From contig JBLIRP010000028.1 of assembly GCA_049472355.1 (NCBI GenBank), positions 1 through 38,833 of the forward strand: 38,833 nt of DNA, in the 5' to 3' direction. The stretch comes from a bacterium. GTDB lineage: Bacteria > SZUA-182 > DTGQ01 > JAFGSM01. Below the pieces are notes generated by a model, which was given only the letters and a program-made list of their open reading frames with translations, was not told where the DNA came from and did not search any database. This document shows positions 30,143 to 38,833 of this stretch, piece by piece. Both the position numbers and the translations under genes were made by a program. The first letter of the stretch is position 1. Each line of letters starts with the position of its first letter.

Positions 30143-30325
30143 GGTTCCTATGATCGTTCATTTACCCTCAAAGGGGTGGGAGAAGTACAGGGAAAAATCC
30201 CGAGGGATCGTAATGCCGAATTCAAGACCCGGGTAATCCCCCACAGCAAACGGTACGAACATACCATCGTGCAGATCATCGGTCTGATGTTTCTGACCGG
30301 GGTAGGTACCCGGACACTGTCCATA
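30143..30325 (+). pseudogene. IS256 (mutator) family transposase fragment
   Basis: The frame reads GSYDRSFTLKGVGEVQGKIPRDRNAEFKTRVIP...LMFLTGVGTRTLS, matching the IS256 pattern NG.Y.R...G....VPRDR...F...G.STR. Truncated on both sides. Confidence 0.8.
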
Positions 30326-30578
30326 CATGGTGTTACCCTAAAGTGCTTAAGATATGTCGAGTTTTTTTAATATAATATATATATCGGAAGAAAAAGTAAG
30401 AGCATTCATCATGTGATGATTCTCCGTTTTCTCATTGGGAAACACAGAATTATTCTCTGGATATTCCTTTAGAATATTGGTTTTGGTGAACAGGGGATAA
30501 ATTTGATTGTCCTTCGGGATGCGCCGACGACAATGCAAGGAATAAAGGCATTTATCACCTTATAGAGACGCTTTTCCC

Positions 30579-31436
30579 TTATAGAGGCTGTTTGCCCTTG
30601 GAATTCCCTGAAATCCTTGCCCTGCGAAACTGGATGTAAGCATCCCGGACGGAGAAATAGGGATCGATGGCCGCATCCTTGATTGCCTCGTAATCCCCTA
30701 TCTTCAGAGAGGCGTTGTTCACGATCTCGACGGAGCTCACCCCGACATATGCCTCCAGGGGGTGGACATAGGTGACTGGATCGAGCGCGAAATCCCCGAC
30801 CAGACCAACTGAATCCCGGAGGGTGGAGGGGCCGAGGATGGGCCAGGTGATGAAGATTCCCTCCCGTGCCCCGTACTCCCCGAAGGTCTGTCCGAAGTCC
30901 TCGTCCTGCTCGGCAAGGTGCAGGCAGGTGCCTGCCGGGTCGAACAGCCCCCCGAGCCCCACGGTGCTGTTGATGGTGAAACGGGTGCATTCGATGCCCG
31001 CGCCCTTGATTTTCCCCTGGAGCACGCAGTTCACGAGGCGATTGGGGAAGAGAAGGTTCGAGAAGAAGTTTCGCACGCTGATCCGGAACGATTCGGGGAA
31101 TGCGACCCGGTATACCCGGGATGCAGGCCTAATCAGCCAGAAGTAGAGCCGGTCGTTGAAGGTGAACATGGCCCGGTTGAAGGGCTCAATGGGGTCGGAG
31201 ACCTTCGGCTCCTCCTCCCACTCCTCGAAATCCTCATCCGAGACATCATCGTACCGGTCATCCAGGTTCGGCCTGTTGCCAGCGGATCGGTTTTCTGCCA
31301 TATCCGCCTCGTATCCCGGCCGGGATTGGGCAACCGCTTTCGATAATGAATGGGCGGATGATGCCGCCATGCCTGCGCAAAGGAGCAGCAAGAGGGTGGC
31401 GGCGGAAACGATCGCCTTCCCGGATTTCCATATCAT
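30579..31436 (-). CDS. mlaA: MlaA/VacJ family protein
   Basis: DPIEPFNRAMFTFND, RFTINSTVGLGGLFD, EDFGQTFG, PILGPSTLRD and DPYFSVRDAY. Confidence 0.93.
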   Translation of the reverse strand: MIWKSGKAIVSAATLLLLLCAGMAASSAHSLSKAVAQSRPGYEADMAENRSAGNRPNLDDRYDDVSDEDFEEWEEEPKVSDPIEPFNRAMFTFNDRLYFWLIRPASRVYRVAFPESFRISVRNFFSNLLFPNRLVNCVLQGKIKGAGIECTRFTINSTVGLGGLFDPAGTCLHLAEQDEDFGQTFGEYGAREGIFITWPILGPSTLRDSVGLVGDFALDPVTYVHPLEAYVGVSSVEIVNNASLKIGDYEAIKDAAIDPYFSVRDAYIQFRRARISGNSKGKQPL

Positions 31437-31536
31437 GGGATATCCCGTGTTCCAAGCATTATTCTTATGATTCGGTAACTCGCCATTCGGGTTTAAAAGT
31501 CAAGCAAGCCTTCAAGCCTTTCAGAAGAAACATTCA

Positions 31537-31641
31537 TGAGCCTTCGGCTCACAAGGAAGCATGAAAATGCCCCAAAGGGGATTTTCAGGTAAAAGAGTAT
31601 TATGGTAGCTCCGCTTCGCTCCGCCTTACAAGTTTGGTTGG
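31537..31641 (+). repeat. Third copy of the 54-bp element followed by the tail of the 78-bp unit
   Basis: 31542-31595 is cttcggctcacaaggaagcatgaaaatgccccaaaggggattttcaggtaaaag. 31602-31641 is atggtagctccgcttcgctccgccttacaagtttggttgg, which matches about 8201-8241. Confidence 0.85.
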
Positions 31642-31678
31642 CCCCCCCTTCCCGCTCTGCCAACAAGCTATAGAGCGA

Positions 31679-32272
31679 TTACGATCCGTTGACCTTTTCG
31701 CGGAGGATGGCGAGGAGCCCGTCGGGGGACTTCGTCAGGAGGATCTCCCTGAACTGGGTGCGATAGTTCTTGATGAGGCTCACCCCCTCGATGATCACGT
31801 CGTATACCCTCCATGTTTCCTCGATCCGGATGACCCGGTAGAAGATGGGGATATCGGCGGATGCGGTGAGGATGTGGCTCTGGACCTCGGCCTTGTCGTC
31901 GGCGAGCATGATCTCCCGATCGAAGACCACCTTCTCGTCGCTATAGGCGAGTATCCGGTCCATATAGGCCTTTTCGAGGATCGACCGGTAGAGGGTCACG
32001 AATTCCTCCCGCTGGTCCCTGTTCAGGCTGTTCCACTCCCTTCCCAGGGTCCTTTTTGCAAGCTCGATGAAATCGAACATGCCATCGGCAATGGATTCGA
32101 CTCGTTTCTTCTTGGTATCCCGGGCGGTTTCCTCCTGCAGCGCCGGATCGCGCAGTACCTCCAGCACACTGTTGACGTGTGTCCGGATGGTTTCAAGCGG
32201 CACGCCCGCGCCTACACGGCAGGGAACTACGAGCAGGCACACCAGGGCCGCCGCGATCATTGCCTTTTTCAT
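31679..32272 (-). CDS. mlaC: Periplasmic phospholipid-binding protein MlaC (Ttg2D)
   Basis: Signal peptide, FDFIELAKRTLG and WRVYDVIIEGVSLIKNYRTQF. Start MKKAM at 32272. Confidence 0.92.
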   Translation of the reverse strand: MKKAMIAAALVCLLVVPCRVGAGVPLETIRTHVNSVLEVLRDPALQEETARDTKKKRVESIADGMFDFIELAKRTLGREWNSLNRDQREEFVTLYRSILEKAYMDRILAYSDEKVVFDREIMLADDKAEVQSHILTASADIPIFYRVIRIEETWRVYDVIIEGVSLIKNYRTQFREILLTKSPDGLLAILREKVNGS

Positions 32273-32291
32273 CCCGTGCTTCCTTTCACGC

Positions 32292-32744
32292 CTAATCCTT
32301 GACCGATCCGAAGGCATACTTCCGGATGATCTCCTCGATATCGATTGCGGATTCCGTTTCGATGATGGTTTCACCCGGCTGCATCACCTCGTCGGCGCCC
32401 CCGGCATCGATGGTGACATACTTGTCGCCGATCAGGCCCGACGTCTTGATCGATGCGATGGCGTCGCGGTAGATCATTATCCCCTTGTTGATACTCAGCT
32501 CGGCGATCGCCGCCTGGGTGTCCTGGTCAACGGTGAGCGACTCCACATGCCCGATCTCGATGCCGAGCATTTCAACGGGACTGCCCTTCCTCAGGCCGGA
32601 AACCGAACGAAAGCGGGCCTGGATCGAATAGGTGTCATCACCCAGCAGGGAGATATTGCCGAGCTTTACCGTAAGATATCCCACGCAGAGCAATCCGATG
32701 ACCATGAAGATGCCGACGACGGTCTCAGCCTGGTATTTCTTCAT
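32292..32744 (-). CDS. mlaD: MCE-domain protein MlaD
   Basis: ETVVGIF TM, FRSVSGLRKGSPVEMLGIEIG and IKTSGLIGDKYV. Confidence 0.93.
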   Translation of the reverse strand: MKKYQAETVVGIFMVIGLLCVGYLTVKLGNISLLGDDTYSIQARFRSVSGLRKGSPVEMLGIEIGHVESLTVDQDTQAAIAELSINKGIMIYRDAIASIKTSGLIGDKYVTIDAGGADEVMQPGETIIETESAIDIEEIIRKYAFGSVKD

Positions 32745-33978
32745 TTACTTGCCCCTCTTCCTTGGTGCACGTGAATCGTGCGATTGTTTTCCGCTTCGCC
32801 TGCGCCTTGGCGATGATATGGTCTATCTCGTCGCTCGATGTCCCCTCCGCAAGGCCAACGAAGACGGAGAAAGTATAGCACTCCCCGCCGGGGGAATCCA
32901 CCTGGGCCGGATGAATCTTCCGCACCCTCAGTTCCCTGGAGAAGGCATCCACCATCTGTTCGGCCTCATCGAGATTCGCATAGGGAAGCACCGTCAGCAT
33001 CTGGTCCCTGCTCAGCCGGGTGGAGAACCCGATGGAGCCGAAGTGCCTCTTTATGAACTCCCCGAAGGACTTGAATATCTCGAGGGCGGTGGTGGGGCCC
33101 AGTTTCTCGTTCATCCGGTCAAGCTCCAGGGTGAAGAGGACCACCGTAAAGATCTCATCGCCGTCCGTTTTCCTCAGATTCGAATTGTACCGGGCCCTGA
33201 ACACTTGCTTTGAATAAAGCCCGGTGAGCTCGTCCTGCAGCCCCTCCAGGCTCTTCATGAATTCGTCGGTGATCGGGTGGTTGAAGTTCTCGAGCGCCGC
33301 AGGGGAGCCCTGGAAGATGATCGTGCCCTCGTGGAGCACCAGCACGCGATTGGAGATGAAGAGCACATCGGGTATCTCGTGGCTGATGAGGACCGCGGTG
33401 AACTCGAACCGCCTCTTGTACTCGGCGATCATGCTGAGGATCGCGAATTTCCTCACCGGGTCCTGGCCGGTGGTCGGCTCGTCGAACAGGACGATCCTGG
33501 GGTCGGTCACCAGTGCCCGGGCGAGCGCGGTCCGCTTCTGCATACCCCCCGATATCTCCGCAGGGTATTTATTGGCCACCTCGGTGAGCTCCGTCTGCTC
33601 GATCCTGGTCATCACCCGCCGCTCGATCTCCTTCTTGCCGAGATTCGTGGTCTGCCGCAGGGGCAGGGCGATGTTCTCGAACACCGTCAGGGAGTCGAAC
33701 AGGGCGTTGTTCTGGAACATGTAGCTGATCTGGCCCCGGTATTCATCCCGCTCCCTTCGCTTGAGACTGCCGATCGGTACTCCCCGAAAGAGGATCTCCC
33801 CCTCATCCGGTTTCAGAAGCCCGATGATGTGCTTGAGCAGGACGCTTTTTCCCACCCCGCTTTTGCCGATGACGGTGGTGACGTGTCCCTCGTAGATCTT
33901 CAGATTGACCCGTTGGAGCACCGGCCGGCTGTCGAACCGCTTGGATACGTTTTTGAATTCGATGATCGGTCTGTCCAT
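32725..33978 (-). CDS. mlaF: MlaF-type ABC ATPase fused to a degenerate GGDEF domain
   Basis: GKSGVGKS, ISGGMQKR, LFDEPTTG and SH switch. The C-terminal extension starts DELTGLYSK and has RLSRDQM at the GGDEF position. Confidence 0.88.
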   Translation of the reverse strand: MDRPIIEFKNVSKRFDSRPVLQRVNLKIYEGHVTTVIGKSGVGKSVLLKHIIGLLKPDEGEILFRGVPIGSLKRRERDEYRGQISYMFQNNALFDSLTVFENIALPLRQTTNLGKKEIERRVMTRIEQTELTEVANKYPAEISGGMQKRTALARALVTDPRIVLFDEPTTGQDPVRKFAILSMIAEYKRRFEFTAVLISHEIPDVLFISNRVLVLHEGTIIFQGSPAALENFNHPITDEFMKSLEGLQDELTGLYSKQVFRARYNSNLRKTDGDEIFTVVLFTLELDRMNEKLGPTTALEIFKSFGEFIKRHFGSIGFSTRLSRDQMLTVLPYANLDEAEQMVDAFSRELRVRKIHPAQVDSPGGECYTFSVFVGLAEGTSSDEIDHIIAKAQAKRKTIARFTCTKEEGQVNEEIPG

Positions 33979-33985
33979 GGCCTCC

Positions 33986-34822
33986 CTACAGGAGCAACGA
34001 TGTTACCGCATAGTCGGCGATGAGCACCAGCACGCATGAGAGCACCACCGCCGCCGTGGTTGACTGGCTGACCCCCTTGGCGCCGTGGCCGTCCTCACGC
34101 ATATGGGTGAAGAACCCCTGATAGCAGCAGACCGTGGAAACGATCACCGCAAACACCAGGGCCTTGATGAATCCCCCCCTGATGTCCTGCATCTCCACAC
34201 TCGATTGTACCCGGTAGAAATACGCCCCTGCATTGACCCCCAGGAGCAGGACCCCGGAGATATACCCCCCGATGATGCCGATGATATCGAACATCGCCGT
34301 GAGCAGGGGAAAGCTGATGATCGATGCCGCGATCCTCGGGCTGACCAGGTACCTGAGGGGATCGATGCGCATGGTGTGCAGTGCGTCGATTTGCTCGGAG
34401 ATCCGTTGGATGCCGATCTCCGCGGTCATGGAGGAGCCTGCCCGGGCGATGATCATGATCGCCGTGAGCACCGGCCCCAGTTCCCTGACCAGGGAAAGGG
34501 CCACCGCAGACCCGAGCACCCCCTCGGAGCCGAACTTGATCAGGGTGTAGTAGAGCTGCAGTCCCAGCACCATGCCGGTGAAAAGCCCCACCAGCATGAC
34601 GATGTTCGCGGATTTCGATCCGATGAAGTATATCTGCTGGATGATGGAGGATGTCTGCTTGCGGCGGAAGATTCGCGCAAAGGATATGCTGAAAAAGATG
34701 GCGGCTGCGCCCAGGTGCCGCACCCAGTCCACCACCGTCCTGCCTACCGGGTAGAAGAGCCATTGCAGGGTGATCCACTTGATGAGCGTGTCGAGTGTGT
34801 GATTTCCGGTTGTCGTGGCCAC
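33986..34822 (-). CDS. mlaE: ABC permease MlaE
   Basis: RELGPVLTA, GSSMTAEIG, EQIDAL, YLVSPRI and GAKGVSQSTT. GTG start. Confidence 0.93.
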   Translation of the reverse strand: MATTTGNHTLDTLIKWITLQWLFYPVGRTVVDWVRHLGAAAIFFSISFARIFRRKQTSSIIQQIYFIGSKSANIVMLVGLFTGMVLGLQLYYTLIKFGSEGVLGSAVALSLVRELGPVLTAIMIIARAGSSMTAEIGIQRISEQIDALHTMRIDPLRYLVSPRIAASIISFPLLTAMFDIIGIIGGYISGVLLLGVNAGAYFYRVQSSVEMQDIRGGFIKALVFAVIVSTVCCYQGFFTHMREDGHGAKGVSQSTTAAVVLSCVLVLIADYAVTSLLL

Positions 34823-34990
34823 TGCTCATTCCCTTTCCATGCGGTGCGTGTGCCTGCCTTTAGATCCTAAAGAGGATAATAGATTACGCAATGAGGTTCA
34901 AGCTTTGCCGGTAATGCATTGAAAGACAGAGCATTTCAACCCATGCCGGACTGCGTCATGCAATCGTTTCTACACGGCCCCTCGGGGATC

Positions 34991-35929
34991 CTACCGGGGA
35001 AGGGGGAACCTGCGGCGATCATCCAGGCGATGAAGGCCATACGAATGGGCGATCCGGATCGCACCGGCGAACTCCTCGCCGGTGATGGCTCGATCGATCT
35101 CCGGGTGCAGGCGTGCCTCGCCGCAGGGGCGGTACTGGTCCATGATATTGATGTAGGTGTCCTTTGACAGCCTCTGGCTGATGTATGCCATGACCTTGTC
35201 CGTGCCTGCGACACCCTCCGGCATCACCAGGTGCCTGATCAACAGCCCCCGCCAGGCGATCCCCCGTGAATCGAGCTGCAGGTCGCCGACCTGGCGGTGC
35301 ATCTCCGCAAGGGCTGCGCAGGCCACCTGGAAGTAGTCGGGGGCATGGGCGTATTGTTTTCCCTCCTCCGCACCGGCGAATTTGAAATCGGGCATGTAGA
35401 TGTCGAACACGCCCTCCAGGAGCCGGATGCTGGCGAGGGAATCGTACCCCCCGGTGTTGTACACCAGGGGGAGCGTCAATCCCCTGTCTATGGCAAAGGG
35501 GAGCGCATCGAGGATGAAGGGGACCACATGCGTGGGGGACACGAAATTGATGTTGTGGCAGCCCCTCCGCTGCAGGTCGAGCATGATGCGGCTGAGGTCC
35601 TCCGGGGAGATCTCCTGCCCCTCGCCCAGGTGGCTTATCTCGTAATTCTGGCAGAATATGCACCCAAGGTTGCAGTGGGTGATGAATATGGTGCCGGAGC
35701 CATGCTCCCCGACCAGGGGCGACTCCTCACCGAAATGGGGGCCGTAGCTCGACACGACCGGGAGTGCGCCTGTCCTGCAGAATCCCCGTTCACCCCGGAG
35801 CCGATCGACCTTGCACGTTCGCGGGCAGAGGGTGCAGGGGGAAAGGAGTGCGCGGGCCGCATCCCGTCTTTTTTGAAGCTCCCCCTTTTCGTAGAGCTCT
35901 ATATATCCCGGTCGAGGAATCCCTTCCAT
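34991..35929 (-). CDS. Radical SAM protein, PflX-like
   Basis: CTLCPRTC...C, PHFGEE, CNLGCIFCQN (CxxxCxxC), HNINFVSPTH, DIYMPDFKF, RHLVMP and MDQYRP. Start uncertain (35929 or 35986). Confidence 0.9.
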   Translation of the reverse strand: MEGIPRPGYIELYEKGELQKRRDAARALLSPCTLCPRTCKVDRLRGERGFCRTGALPVVSSYGPHFGEESPLVGEHGSGTIFITHCNLGCIFCQNYEISHLGEGQEISPEDLSRIMLDLQRRGCHNINFVSPTHVVPFILDALPFAIDRGLTLPLVYNTGGYDSLASIRLLEGVFDIYMPDFKFAGAEEGKQYAHAPDYFQVACAALAEMHRQVGDLQLDSRGIAWRGLLIRHLVMPEGVAGTDKVMAYISQRLSKDTYINIMDQYRPCGEARLHPEIDRAITGEEFAGAIRIAHSYGLHRLDDRRRFPLPR

Positions 35930-36068
35930 CCATACACCCTGCAATGTGGGGTTTACCGAATCATCCGGCAGTTGTTGTGCACACAATGCCCGTTTTCCCT
36001 GCGCTCCTGCTGCAGGGAATGGTGCACAGCGCCTGTCTCATGGGGGACCTGCATCTGTCTTCGGTGGA

Positions 36069-36695
36069 TTACAGGTACGGCTTCAGGCCCTTGTAAAACA
36101 TCGCCGCCATCTTTGTGTAGCCTGCGCTATTGGGGTGGATCTGGTCGCTCATCAACCCGGGTCTGCCCATAATCCCCTTGAAGATATTGGGAACGAGCAC
36201 CAGGCCCAGTTCCTGGGCGAGTTCCTCGTATGCATCCCCATACCCCTTCCCCCAGAAGGGGATATCGATACCGCCGATAACCACGAGGGCCCCCTGGTCC
36301 TGAATCGCCCTGGCAATGTCCCTGAGATTATCAAATGCCACCTCGGCAGGGACCCCGTTCTTCAGGTCGTTTCCTCCGAGGGTGATCAGGACAATGCGGG
36401 GGGAGCGGGAGAGCACGTCCCTCTGCAACCTGCGCAGGGCGCTTGCCGTGGTATCCCCCGGGACGCCCGCGTTGATCACGGGCATCTCGATCATCCGCGA
36501 AAGCTGCGAGGGATAGTCCATGCCCGGGGTAGCCCCGGTTCCATAGGTGAGGCTGTCGCCGAAACAGATGATATTCTCACCCGTTGGTATTACATTCCGT
36601 ATCTTCGGCGCGGACATCACATGAATATAAAGGCTAAGGAAGAGAATGACAACACAGACAATGGATAGAACAAGGATCTTTTTCGTGGTGATCAT
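36069..36695 (-). CDS. SGNH/GDSL arylesterase (TesA-like), exported
   Basis: FGDSLTYG, NAGVPGDT, LGGND and DQIHPN, with an N-terminal hydrophobic segment. Confidence 0.92.
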   Translation of the reverse strand: MITTKKILVLSIVCVVILFLSLYIHVMSAPKIRNVIPTGENIICFGDSLTYGTGATPGMDYPSQLSRMIEMPVINAGVPGDTTASALRRLQRDVLSRSPRIVLITLGGNDLKNGVPAEVAFDNLRDIARAIQDQGALVVIGGIDIPFWGKGYGDAYEELAQELGLVLVPNIFKGIMGRPGLMSDQIHPNSAGYTKMAAMFYKGLKPYL

Positions 36696-36830
36696 ATCGG
36701 TCTCAGGCCTGATCAGAACGCTTTGTTGTGTATGATGTATCATACCAGGGATTATCCGGCAAAAACAAGTTTTCCCCCACAGCGTATCCCCCCAGGGGGT
36801 GATTTATAGGGCTTGATGAAGGGATCGGCA

Positions 36831-36839
36831 TGGTATAAA
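36831..36839 (+). promoter_or_regulatory. Candidate extended -10 promoter for the patatin gene
   Basis: TGG-TATAAA with TTGATG at 36813-36818. Confidence 0.3.
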
Positions 36840-36928
36840 AATGGGGATCATGACCTGACCATGTTTGCCTTCTGTGGAACAAGTGCCTATTTCCCGATTA
36901 AATAATAAAGGGATACGGAGGGTATCAT

Positions 36929-37855
36929 ATGAAGCGGAATCTGTACAGAATCCTTGTTTTCATTCTCATGTCGTTCATTCTTGGGTGTGCTGCCCCACGT
37001 CCGGCCGTATATACCGGCATCCCCTTCAGCGCTGCGGGAAGGCCGAAGGTGGCCCTCGTCCTCGGGGGTGGCGCTGCCCGCGGCTTTGCCCATATCGGGG
37101 TTATTCGGGTTCTGGAGCGGGAGCGGATCCCCATTGACATGATCGTGGGAACAAGTGTAGGAAGCCTCATCGGCGCCATCTACGCCTCCAACGCAGACAG
37201 CTTCGAACTGGAGTGGATCGCCTTTTCCCTGGAGAAGGAGGACATATTCGATTTCTCCCTCTTTTCTTCGAAAACAGGTCCGGTGAAAGGGGACAAGCTC
37301 GAGGCGTTCGTCAATGACCACATATCGGTCAGGAACATCGAGGAGTTTTCCATTCCATACTATGCCGTGGCCACCAATCTGAATACCGGTGAGGCGGTGG
37401 TGTTTGACAAGGGCCCTGTTGCCAAGGCGGTGCGGGCGAGCAGCTCCATCCCCGGGGTGTTCACCCCCCTCATGTACGAGGGAACGACCCTGGTCGACGG
37501 CGGCGTGCTCGGAAACCTTGCCCCCGAGATAGCCCGGCAAAGGGGGGCGGACATTGTTATCGCCGTTGACATCGGCAAGAATGTAGTAAATCAGGACACG
37601 AGCAACGTCATCGATATCATCCTCCAGGCAATCAGCATCATGAGCAACAAGATCGATAGTTACAAGCAGAAGGATGCGGACGTACTGATTGCCCCCAGCG
37701 TGGGGGATGTGGGCATGATGGACTTCACCCGGAAAAAGGAGTGCATGATCGCAGGAATGGAGGCCGCACGCGAGGCGATCCCGGCCATACAGGCGTTACT
37801 AATCCCTCCTCAACCCAGTCCCAAAGATCAGGTTGAAATACCTTCATTTCCGTGA
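36929..37855 (+). CDS. Patatin-like phospholipase, probable lipoprotein
   Basis: Lipobox ILGC, GGGAARG, GTSVG nucleophile, ASSSIPG and VDGG. GGAGG SD. Confidence 0.92.
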   Translation: MKRNLYRILVFILMSFILGCAAPRPAVYTGIPFSAAGRPKVALVLGGGAARGFAHIGVIRVLERERIPIDMIVGTSVGSLIGAIYASNADSFELEWIAFSLEKEDIFDFSLFSSKTGPVKGDKLEAFVNDHISVRNIEEFSIPYYAVATNLNTGEAVVFDKGPVAKAVRASSSIPGVFTPLMYEGTTLVDGGVLGNLAPEIARQRGADIVIAVDIGKNVVNQDTSNVIDIILQAISIMSNKIDSYKQKDADVLIAPSVGDVGMMDFTRKKECMIAGMEAAREAIPAIQALLIPPQPSPKDQVEIPSFP

Positions 37856-37894
37856 GACAAGAGGTACCGCTTTATACGACCTCTATATAAAACA

Positions 37895-37989
37895 CCCATG
37901 CTTTTCAGTACCAGCTTTTTGCAGTCATTGAATTTCTGGAACTCCGGCAAGACCTTATTTCGCTCAGTCACACTCTTAGCCGATTTCAT
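37895..37989 (-). pseudogene. Possible N-terminal remnant of an integron integrase
   Basis: Reads MKSAKSVTERNKVLPEFQKFNDCKKLV. Restoring one base gives KKLVPEKH, which recalls the LP(E/D)FQ.F...KLVPEK N-terminus of long integron integrases. Recognised from memory only. Confidence 0.3.
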
Positions 37990-38138
37990 TACCTGTTAGG
38001 ATAAACTTCGTCTATCATCAGATTACCCATCAAAATTTCAATGATGCCCCAATGCCCATTCCACCGGAACCCTCAACATAACCAGAACCCATTGAAACAT
38101 TGATACAAATCATATCACACAATGCCTGCAGCCAAATC

Positions 38139-38167
38139 TTGACATTAATTCTTTAATATTATAAAAA
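38139..38167 (+). promoter_or_regulatory. Candidate sigma70 promoter facing the AT-rich ORF
   Basis: TTGACA at 38139-38144, followed by AT-rich TATAAA/TAAAAA at 38160-38167. Confidence 0.35.
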
Positions 38168-38354
38168 GAGGTGTATCTCATTTAGTTTTTTAAGGTCACG
38201 AGATTGCAAGAAAATTTCCTACGAATATTCCCAAGTTCTTTGTTTTTCATACTGTTTAAGCACATCCTTCTTGCTCTCTCTGTAGCGTATGGGATGTATC
38301 TTCTTGGATTAGAACAATAGATTCTTTTGTGCCCCACCGGGGGTTCGGTCGTTT

Positions 38355-38384
38355 TATAAGAACTTCGCCTATTAATTGTTAGCC
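38355..38384 (+). other. Possible attI-like recombination site
   Basis: tataagaacttcgcctattaattGTTAGCC: a GTT core 36 nt upstream of the AT-rich ORF. Confidence 0.3.
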
Positions 38385-38420
38385 CCAAAAATAAGAATTA
38401 AATTGCTATAAGTAATAAAA

Positions 38421-38833
38421 ATGCAAAAAATAAAAATTATAGTCTCAGGGATAGCACTCTTATTACTAATTGTTAATTCAAATGTTTTCGCAAAGGAATT
38501 TAAATTAGAAAGATTTTTTACTATACCTAAATTTTTAGAGGTATTTAGTCATAATTTATATTGTATAGATGCCTATGAGAACATTTATTATATATATACG
38601 GGAGTACAGAATGATAATGAAAATATAATTAGAAAATTAATTAAAATAAAAGACGATGATAAGCATTATGAAATATTTACATACTGTAATCTTAATATTA
38701 AAGATAAAAAAAATAGAGTTATTGTAACTAAAAATCAAAAAATGTTGGAGCTTGTATTTGAAGAAGGTAGGAGTATATGCGGATATTATGGAAAGATATT
38801 TAAAAAAATAGAAAAAGTGAAAACAGGTAATAA
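38421..38833 (+). CDS. AT-rich secreted hypothetical protein (runs off the window)
   Basis: MQKIKIIVSGIALLLLIVNSNVFA-KEF signal peptide. The frame is open to the window end and is absent from the supplied ORF track because it has no stop. Confidence 0.75.
   Translation, partial: MQKIKIIVSGIALLLLIVNSNVFAKEFKLERFFTIPKFLEVFSHNLYCIDAYENIYYIYTGVQNDNENIIRKLIKIKDDDKHYEIFTYCNLNIKDKKNRVIVTKNQKMLELVFEEGRSICGYYGKIFKKIEKVKTGN

Noticed and set aside
34991..35929. AmrS partner of the MEMO1 gene
   Set aside because: Its motifs (PHFGEE, DIYMPDFKF) fit the PflX-like family and it lies 30 kb from amrB.
36784..36803. CsoR/RcnR-type operator (TATCCCCCCAGGGGGTGAT)
   Set aside because: Imperfect palindrome and no metal-homeostasis genes adjacent.
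38182..38388. 68-aa minus-strand ORF
   Set aside because: TTG start, no SD and no motif. It overlaps the putative promoter/attI region.

Overview
This is a mostly GC-rich chromosomal window from a diderm bacterium; gene content and protein style look Desulfobacterota/deltaproteobacteria-like (inference). In order it carries a NodI/NodJ-type ABC exporter, nagZ, a MEMO1 protein, a J-domain protein, a USP, acs, tolA-tolB-pal-cpoB, efp-epmA, a clan AA aspartyl protease, a TIGR03546/TIGR03545 pair, carA-ptsP-carB, a membrane/spermidine-synthase/TPR fusion, mlaEFDC plus mlaA, a PflX-type radical SAM, a GDSL esterase, a patatin, and an AT-rich right end. The strongest candidate for an undescribed system is carA*-ptsP-carB. 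CarA is full length but has lost its glutaminase catalytic residues (Cys->Ser, His->Tyr, Glu->Val), which suggests an ammonia-dependent carbamoyl-phosphate synthetase, and a GAF-containing PTS enzyme I (EI-Ntr type) gene sits between the two subunit genes. Other points: an MlaF ATPase fused to a degenerate GGDEF domain; two intergenic repeat families that abut ribosome-binding sites; several short tandem arrays; and probable remnants of a group IIC intron 5' end, an internally deleted cysS-like gene, an IS256 transposase and an integron (intI stub, attI-like site, AT-rich cassette-like ORF). I saw no tRNA, rRNA or CRISPR array. All family assignments come from motif recognition by eye, not database searches.
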